64,000 bases of DNA from Piedraia hortae CBS 480.64 (taxonomy: Eukaryota), in contig MU005973.1 in assembly GCA_010093745.1 (NCBI GenBank), positions 186,001-250,000 on the forward strand. The letters run 5' to 3'. The notes beneath the pieces are model-generated. The model searched no databases and was not told where the DNA came from. It worked only from the letters and a program-made list of their open reading frames with translations. Below are positions 57,888 to 64,000 of this stretch, piece by piece (within the stretch, counting starts at the first letter, position 1; the number at the start of each line of letters is the position of its first letter). Both the position numbers and the translations under genes were made by a program.

Positions 57888-60800
57888 TCAATTATCATGC
57901 GTTAGCATGTGGATGTTTTCGATCCAGCGATTGCCATACACGCCGTCTGCGGAGTGCCTCCAAGCAAACCCTTCAACGATTTCCCGTTCTCTTCTGGTTG
58001 GGTTAGGCACCCAAACTTTTCGGCAATCCACAGTGTAGAAGTGTGGCACGTTTAGGACATTGGAGATCGAGCTCACGGGCACTGTTGTGAATCGCTCACG
58101 AGAGGCCAACAAAGGAAACCCAAAGGTGCCATGCTGGTCTTCCAATGTGGTTGTGCAAAATTCCTCAAGAAAGGCGACATGATGGGCTGTGCCCAGCTGT
58201 TTCAAGAGAAATCTGAGCCGGAAAATAGTCTGACCACTACATTTGACAAACGATCTAACACTGCATTTGACAAGTGCATGCAAGCGGGTAAATGCCTTGT
58301 GCGAGTGTTGGGACCAGCCCAAGCCAAACTTCGTAAAAAGCCCATCATGAGCTGGCAAATCCCCTGGTGGCAATTGTATGCTCATCATGTGAATCGATGC
58401 AGCCGGTTCATCGAGAAGGCCCAACAGCCGCCGCATCCTCGGCTGGTTGAGAGCCTCGATGCACTTCTCCCCGGCCTGTGTCATATGAGTGCCATCATGA
58501 CACCAGCAACCCCGGTTGGCAAGATGATTTTGAGTCGCTCCAATTGACGCATGACCAGCGGCATCAAAGGAACTTTCTTGATGGTTTGAGTGCCGTACGT
58601 AACCCCGCAGGTGCCGATTGAGCGATTCTGGGATCTCCGAGGATACTCCTTACGGTGAGCCAATTCTGCGCACCATTTCAGGCACATGGACAAGCATATG
58701 AAGCTTTTTTTTTTCTTTTTTTTTTCTGATGCTGTCCAGGCCCAAGGCGTCAATTCATAGCTGAAGCATACTTTCGTAACGATGCTTGAACAGTGCTGCC
58801 CACCGGTTGATGTCTTCGATCTGCCTAGAATATATCATCCTGGCAAGATCGGCTGCGACACACCACAGCAGCAGGAGCCTACGGACCGTACCCGTTCGTC
58901 CCCTTGAGGAATAGAAGGAGACCAAAGTTCCCGGCCAGATCTCGATCAAAGCCCGAGAATCCGAGCCCACGAAGGACTTGCTCCTAAGCAGGATCTGTTG
59001 CGCGTCCAGAGAACTGTTCATCCCATCCCGGCTTGATGAGGCTACGCAGAGAGCCAACTCCTCAAAGTCCGATTTAATCGTCGGGTCATCCAGAGACTGG
59101 TGCCAGAGGCTTCTGACAAATCCCAGTGGCACACCATGCAATATTTCAGATGGGATATCCTGGTGCATATCAAATCCTTCCAAGTGGTATAGTGAAGAGA
59201 TTGGTGGCTTGCTGCCATTCCCAGTTCTCTCAAGTGCCCGAGAGTACTCTTTGGATCTGGGTGCTGCCGCCGAAGCCACATCTTGCCACGACGTAACACT
59301 TGCTTTGTTGAACAAGCAATTGCGGCAAGAGCAGTTACTCGTGTGCTGATGGGAGATCACACCAGAAGCTGCAGGAATGTCTGCGAGAGCCATGGTAACC
59401 CCTCCAAAGACGACCTGCGCTCTCTTACGCCGAGGATCAAAAGCTTTGATTCCCCGTTGGAGCCGGACGAACTCAGGAGTGAGGCTATCAATCATGGTAT
59501 TGCCCTTCATCCTTGCCCCAACAGCCACGAAATGGTTGGCGGAGGCATGGAAATTTTCCGTGAAAGGCATTAGTGACCGTACCGCATTGGTTGCGAATGC
59601 AGGATAGTACTCACTGCACGTGGCTTCCCGGAAAAGGTAAGGGACCAAACCTCCAGAGGGTTCCATTTGGAGGTGGTTGTGGCGCTTGTGCCATCCGTCC
59701 AGAAATTGATGTTGAGTTGGGAGACTCCAGCTCCATATATTTCGTGACAAAGGCTCGAGCAGGATGTGGTTTCGTTACGAATTCCACGAACCCCGGAGCA
59801 AGGCGTTCCGCATTTTCGGCTACCAGACTGACATCAGACCCGGGAAAAGCGTTGAGAATTGTGTACTCTGGCACCCATAGGATCGTATCTTCTGCGACAT
59901 CTGGGAAGCCGTTCAAAGTTCTGATGATGACGATAGGACGGTGCACGCTTTGGTCGATGGACCGACGTAATTTCATTGCACGTACAACACTAGTATTTCC
60001 GTGGATTTCACGACCATAGAACATGACGAATTCTGCAGAATCACCAGGCGAAAGCTGCAGAATATCGCGGAGCCAAACGTCAACTTCTTGACCCTGGAAG
60101 GCCAGAGTTTCCATCGGGCGGAGCAAGCGAGGCTCCCACCTGCACTTATTTGCATGCCAAACTTCCGAGCAACGATTGCTCTGGATAAGATCAGTCGTGG
60201 CCGGGCTGCTTCGAGAGTCTACCACCTGTGGAAGCTGAGCAAGTGACTTCCACGAGTCACTCGCAGCCTGCATCCTGACGATGTCAGGTATGCTGATTTG
60301 ATAAAAAGGTTTGTTTTCTGCGTTTTTCCTCTTCTCCACCTTCGGTCGTGGCATCTTGTCCCGAAACTTTTTCAGAGCCTTCAGCGAGGGGATCTCAACG
60401 GGGTGGTCCATCACCAGGATGTCACGAGCGAGGTCTAGGACACTGGACATTATACTGTCACTTATCAAATGACTATGGTTATGTTGAAACATAATAGCCG
60501 CAGGAACTCCCCCGAGGGGAAAGGAAACCAGGGATTACTCGGCCGAGAAATTCTCACGGGCTCAGGAGCCACGAAAATAGAAGGATTCGGGCCGTCCGTC
60601 TCCATAATCGCCTTGAATTGAGGTTAGTCAGGCTCATACCGAGGGAATCTGTCAATCGACTTACGCAATTCCTCAAGAATAGGTTATCTTCTTCAAGTGT
60701 TTTTCCATCGTCAGAAGCGTTTAATGACATGAAAACTTCGCATTCATCATCACCCTCCCCCCTCCCCCCCTCCCTGGCCCGGAATATTCACATGCCCCAC

Positions 60801-61338
60801 TATCGTCAATCTGATCATCGGTACACTCGCTGTTGAGGGAACTGCGAACTTCGTCGTTATGCTCGGGATTCATCTGATATGCACTGGCACCACTTTTATC
60901 TTCAAAATGCTGGTCTACTGCGTACGCAGCACCAAGTTCTTCAAGATCGTTCGCTGTATCCGCATGGGTTATTGCCCATGAAGGACCCTGTGCTTCGGCT
61001 GACGCCGCTTGCTCCGCAATTCTTGCGGCAGCCTCCGCAGCTTCCACCGCTCTTTTGTCTCTGACCACTCTTCGAACACCTTCGGCATTATATCGTTCAG
61101 CAAAATCCAAGTACTCCTGGTAAAGCTCGGGACCTGTTGTCTGCTTGTCCCGTTCATTTTCCAAGTGCTTACTTTCAAGATGTTCCCCAGAAAGTTTGTC
61201 CCGAGTGGTCAGCGTGGGGTGAGTGCCCTTTTCATGACAGAGCGGGCAGTTGCTTGGCGGAAGTTTGGGTTTACGACGTTTGGAAAGCATTCTGTATGGT
61301 GAAGGAATCAGACATTCAATTGAGTTGCTTGAAGTCAT
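57888..61338 (-). mobile_element. Decayed EnSpm/CACTA (CMC)-like transposase, about 1,150 codons
   Basis: C2H2-like CPLC..HLESKH; SEVWHANK; INFWTDGTSATTTSKWN; LADIP..SH..CSCRNC; HQDIPSEILHGVPLG; KLHMLVH..RRIG; SE..ESLN..SNH; split by several frameshifts and 2-3 stops. Confidence 0.8.
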
Positions 61339-61860
61339 CGACAGTTCGCATGGAAGGCAGCAACATGAGTTGGAACTTCTCGAATTTTTAATCTATGGAT
61401 CATATCATCAAGGTGTTTCCCAAAAGCTTCCCGTCAACACATCAAAAGTTTGATCGACACGAACCGCGACACGGGGAGATCAACATCAAGTGATAATATT
61501 GAAACAACTAGAGTTTTGACTATGTGAATTTGTTTTTGTGACACTACCTACTGGAAAGCCACATTCCGGTTGGTGAAAGGCAGAGAAGAAATGCTTTTGC
61601 ACAGACGCTGAGAGCTTGAACAGTTCCAACATGAGAGTGATGGATGAAGGATAATGCCACCCATCCTGGTGAAGATGAAACCGTTGAGCAACCAAAATCG
61701 CCCCAAGATCTACCGCGTGGCGGTGGTCCGCCATCATCCCTTGTTAAGTGGCAGTTTAGGGAAACAAAGAGACCTCAGCAGTCTTGCAGAAAACAATATC
61801 CTCGGTGCTCGCTCTCCCACTATCTCCCAACTTGTTTACATCACCTCCACATTACACACT

Positions 61861-62575
61861 ATGCCAAAACAAACAGGCATCAAGAGCAAAGGGAATGGCA
61901 AGCGCATCGTTAAAAACCAACCAGAAAGTGCACCTCCCGAACGAAACATCCGACAGAGAACTTCGGGTGCAGCTACCGCGCCTGAGAACACGCAAAAAAT
62001 TCGAAGGGCTGTAGGCAGAACTCGCAGGACACCGGGTCGGACGATTCTCCCGTTCTGTCCAGGCACGTTAACGCTCCTGAGAACGACTCTCGCCGTCGTA
62101 TACCACAGAATATATGCCAGGAGATGACCGGATAGATTTCGGAAACTACGACACCGGGGTTGAGATTGATCAGCAGTCGGAAGTTGCAGGTGTTCGGCCG
62201 ATTCAGGGCCTTGAAATAAGACTCGACACACTGGTGAACGATCTCAAATGTTCAAGTGCCAACAGTGGCTCCAAAAACGGTGCATCTGCCGAGGAAGTTG
62301 TTGCATTCGTGCAAGACACAAATCTCATGGAGCCAGGCTTCATGAGGACATTGCTTAGAATAAATTCGCCCGTGATCGCGAATTCGTTCATACCGCGAGG
62401 GCTACAACTAGTCCTCCGAGACAACGCAGAGCTGCGCCAAGAGCTGCGCGAAGTCAAAGACCAAGTCTCGATCTTGGTCGAATGGGAGGTTATCAACCCC
62501 CACTCACAGAACAGTTCCACTATGCAGGATCACCGTCAAGCGGAATTAACTCACTCGTCCCAAACCGAACTCTGA
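61861..62575 (+). pseudogene. Frameshifted ORF divergent from the transposase; candidate second gene of the element
   Basis: MPKQTGIKSKG basic start, frameshift near 62030-62115, coiled coil LRDNAELRQELREVKDQV; TGA overlaps the kinase ATG. Confidence 0.45.
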
Positions 62576-63941
62576 TGGCGGACCCAGGAGAGAAGCCTTT
62601 TCCATATGAATGCGCTAACGCTGATTTTGAAGCGCTCTTTCGCCATATACCGGGCGGATTCCACCCTGTGCATCTCGGGGACATCTTGCACAATGAGCGT
62701 TATAGGATCTTGCACAAGCTAGGCTATGGATCCTTCTCAACTGTCTGGGCGGCGAGAGATGAACAGTAAAGCTTCTGCACCCCATCTTACTGGTGAGATA
62801 GGCTAATCGATATACAGGAAGCAAAGATATGTGGCGATCAAAATCCCCGTTGCGGATGCTCCGTCAACCCTCGAAACAAGCATCTTAAGAACTTTGGCAG
62901 AAAGTAAGACCGAACACCCCGGCATGGCCTACTTACCCACCCTGCTTGACGAATTCGAGCTGGTAGGGCCAAATGGAACACATAATTGCATTGTAACTGA
63001 AGTTTATGGCGTCTCCGTCGGGTTAGATCTGGAGGACGAGCATGTCCCACTCCTTGCCAGTGCTGCCAGGAGACGTCAACGAGAAGTTCTACAGGCCGTC
63101 GACTGCCTGCACCAACATGGCATCGTGCACGGTGACTTGTATACCGGCAACGTCGTGTGGACTCTACGCGGCGTCGATGATCTTACAGAAGAGGAATTTT
63201 TGCGGTTCTTTTGTTATGCACAGATCAAAGAAGTGAAGAGCAAGGACGGATCCCCTCTGCCGCCGAATGTGCCCAGATACCTTGTGAAGCATGACTATCG
63301 TCCTACTCAGGCTTGGAATGAGGACGACATCATGCTCATAGATTTCGGGCAAGCGTTTCATTTGAATTCCCCACCAGATGGGCTCGTGACCCCGCTGCAA
63401 TATCGTGCCCCAGAGATTGTTTTCGAAGAAACGCTTGACGAAAAGGTGGATGTGTGGAGTGCTGGCATGTTGGTATGTGCTTCATCTGTCCGACACCTCA
63501 GCAAGCTCACCTCGATAGTGTTTTGTGCTGTTGACCACCTTCCCACCAATAGACCCAATGATTTTGGATGAAGACGAGCTCATCGATGCTCTGATCAAAG
63601 CGACCCATCACCAGCTTCCCGAACGTTGGCAGGAAGAAGGCCAAGAGATGATTTCTAACGTCAAGTATCCCGCTTCCGACGATTATGCAAACTTTCAAGC
63701 AATCATTGAGGCATTCGTTGAAAGGGCCGATAGCGAGAAAGTGCAGGATTTACCAACACAGGTTTTCCAAAGGGCAGGAGACCTGTTCGAAAAGACATTG
63801 CGATTGGATCCCAAAGAGCGCATCTCGGCAAAGGAAGCTCTCGAGTTGGACTGGTTCAAAGATACTTCCTCACCAGCCATTCTAACTTCCACTCCTGGAA
63901 CGTCGGGTCCCACTTCTAACACACGCAATCCCGACAGTTAG
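62575..63941 (+). CDS. SRPK-like Ser/Thr protein kinase; introns 62766-62817 and 63473-63518
   Basis: GGFHPVHLGD, YRILHKLGYGSFSTVW, YVAIK, GPNGTHNC, HGDLYTGN, DFG, YRAPE, DVWSAG, LRLDPKERISA. Confidence 0.92.
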
Positions 63942-64000
63942 TATCGCTGAGGGTATCAGAAATGGCTTAATGCTAATTGATAGCTTCAATCCTTCGTTGA

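Noticed and set aside
54858..61338. 2OG-Fe(II) dioxygenase next to a fungal transposase as a TET/JBP-transposon system
   Set aside because: The dioxygenase is AlkB-type with an isochorismatase fusion, lies outside the CACTG terminus and looks like a resident gene; no TET/JBP motifs were recognised.
56800..64000. Starship or other giant element
   Set aside because: No DUF3435 tyrosine recombinase captain was seen; the transposase motifs are DDE-type.

Overview
Eukaryotic DNA from a filamentous ascomycete; a Eurotiomycete, possibly Chaetothyriales, is my inference from protein style, 43-60 nt GT-AG introns with CTAAC branch sites and very short intergenic spacers. About 30 protein genes are present: ILV5, SPO73/Mug65-like, CDT1, an FAD monooxygenase + MFS transporter + PTH11-like receptor trio, RRP4, a 1325-aa histone-fold-like protein, PRP24, MRPL22, class III chitin synthase, TEN1, SNF7, a CH-domain protein, HAM-8-like, TFB5, UTP15, MGR3-like, SRAP/HMCES, gamma-glutamyltransferase, an isochorismatase-AlkB fusion and an SRPK-like kinase. 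Accessory islands interrupt these genes: a decayed PIF/Harbinger transposon (about 11.6-14.8 kb), a gene-poor 28.3-34 kb stretch with a 174-bp pogo-like MITE and an orphan ORF, and a 56.8-62.6 kb island. That island holds a CACTG-ended non-autonomous element, a large decayed EnSpm/CACTA(CMC)-like transposase of about 1,150 codons and a divergent partner ORF abutting the kinase. Recognisable promoter motifs include a Leu3-type site at ILV5, an MCB cluster at CDT1 and paired Gcn4/CpcA sites at the orphan ORF. I found no rRNA, tRNA or CRISPR. All family calls come from motif recognition by eye, not database searches.
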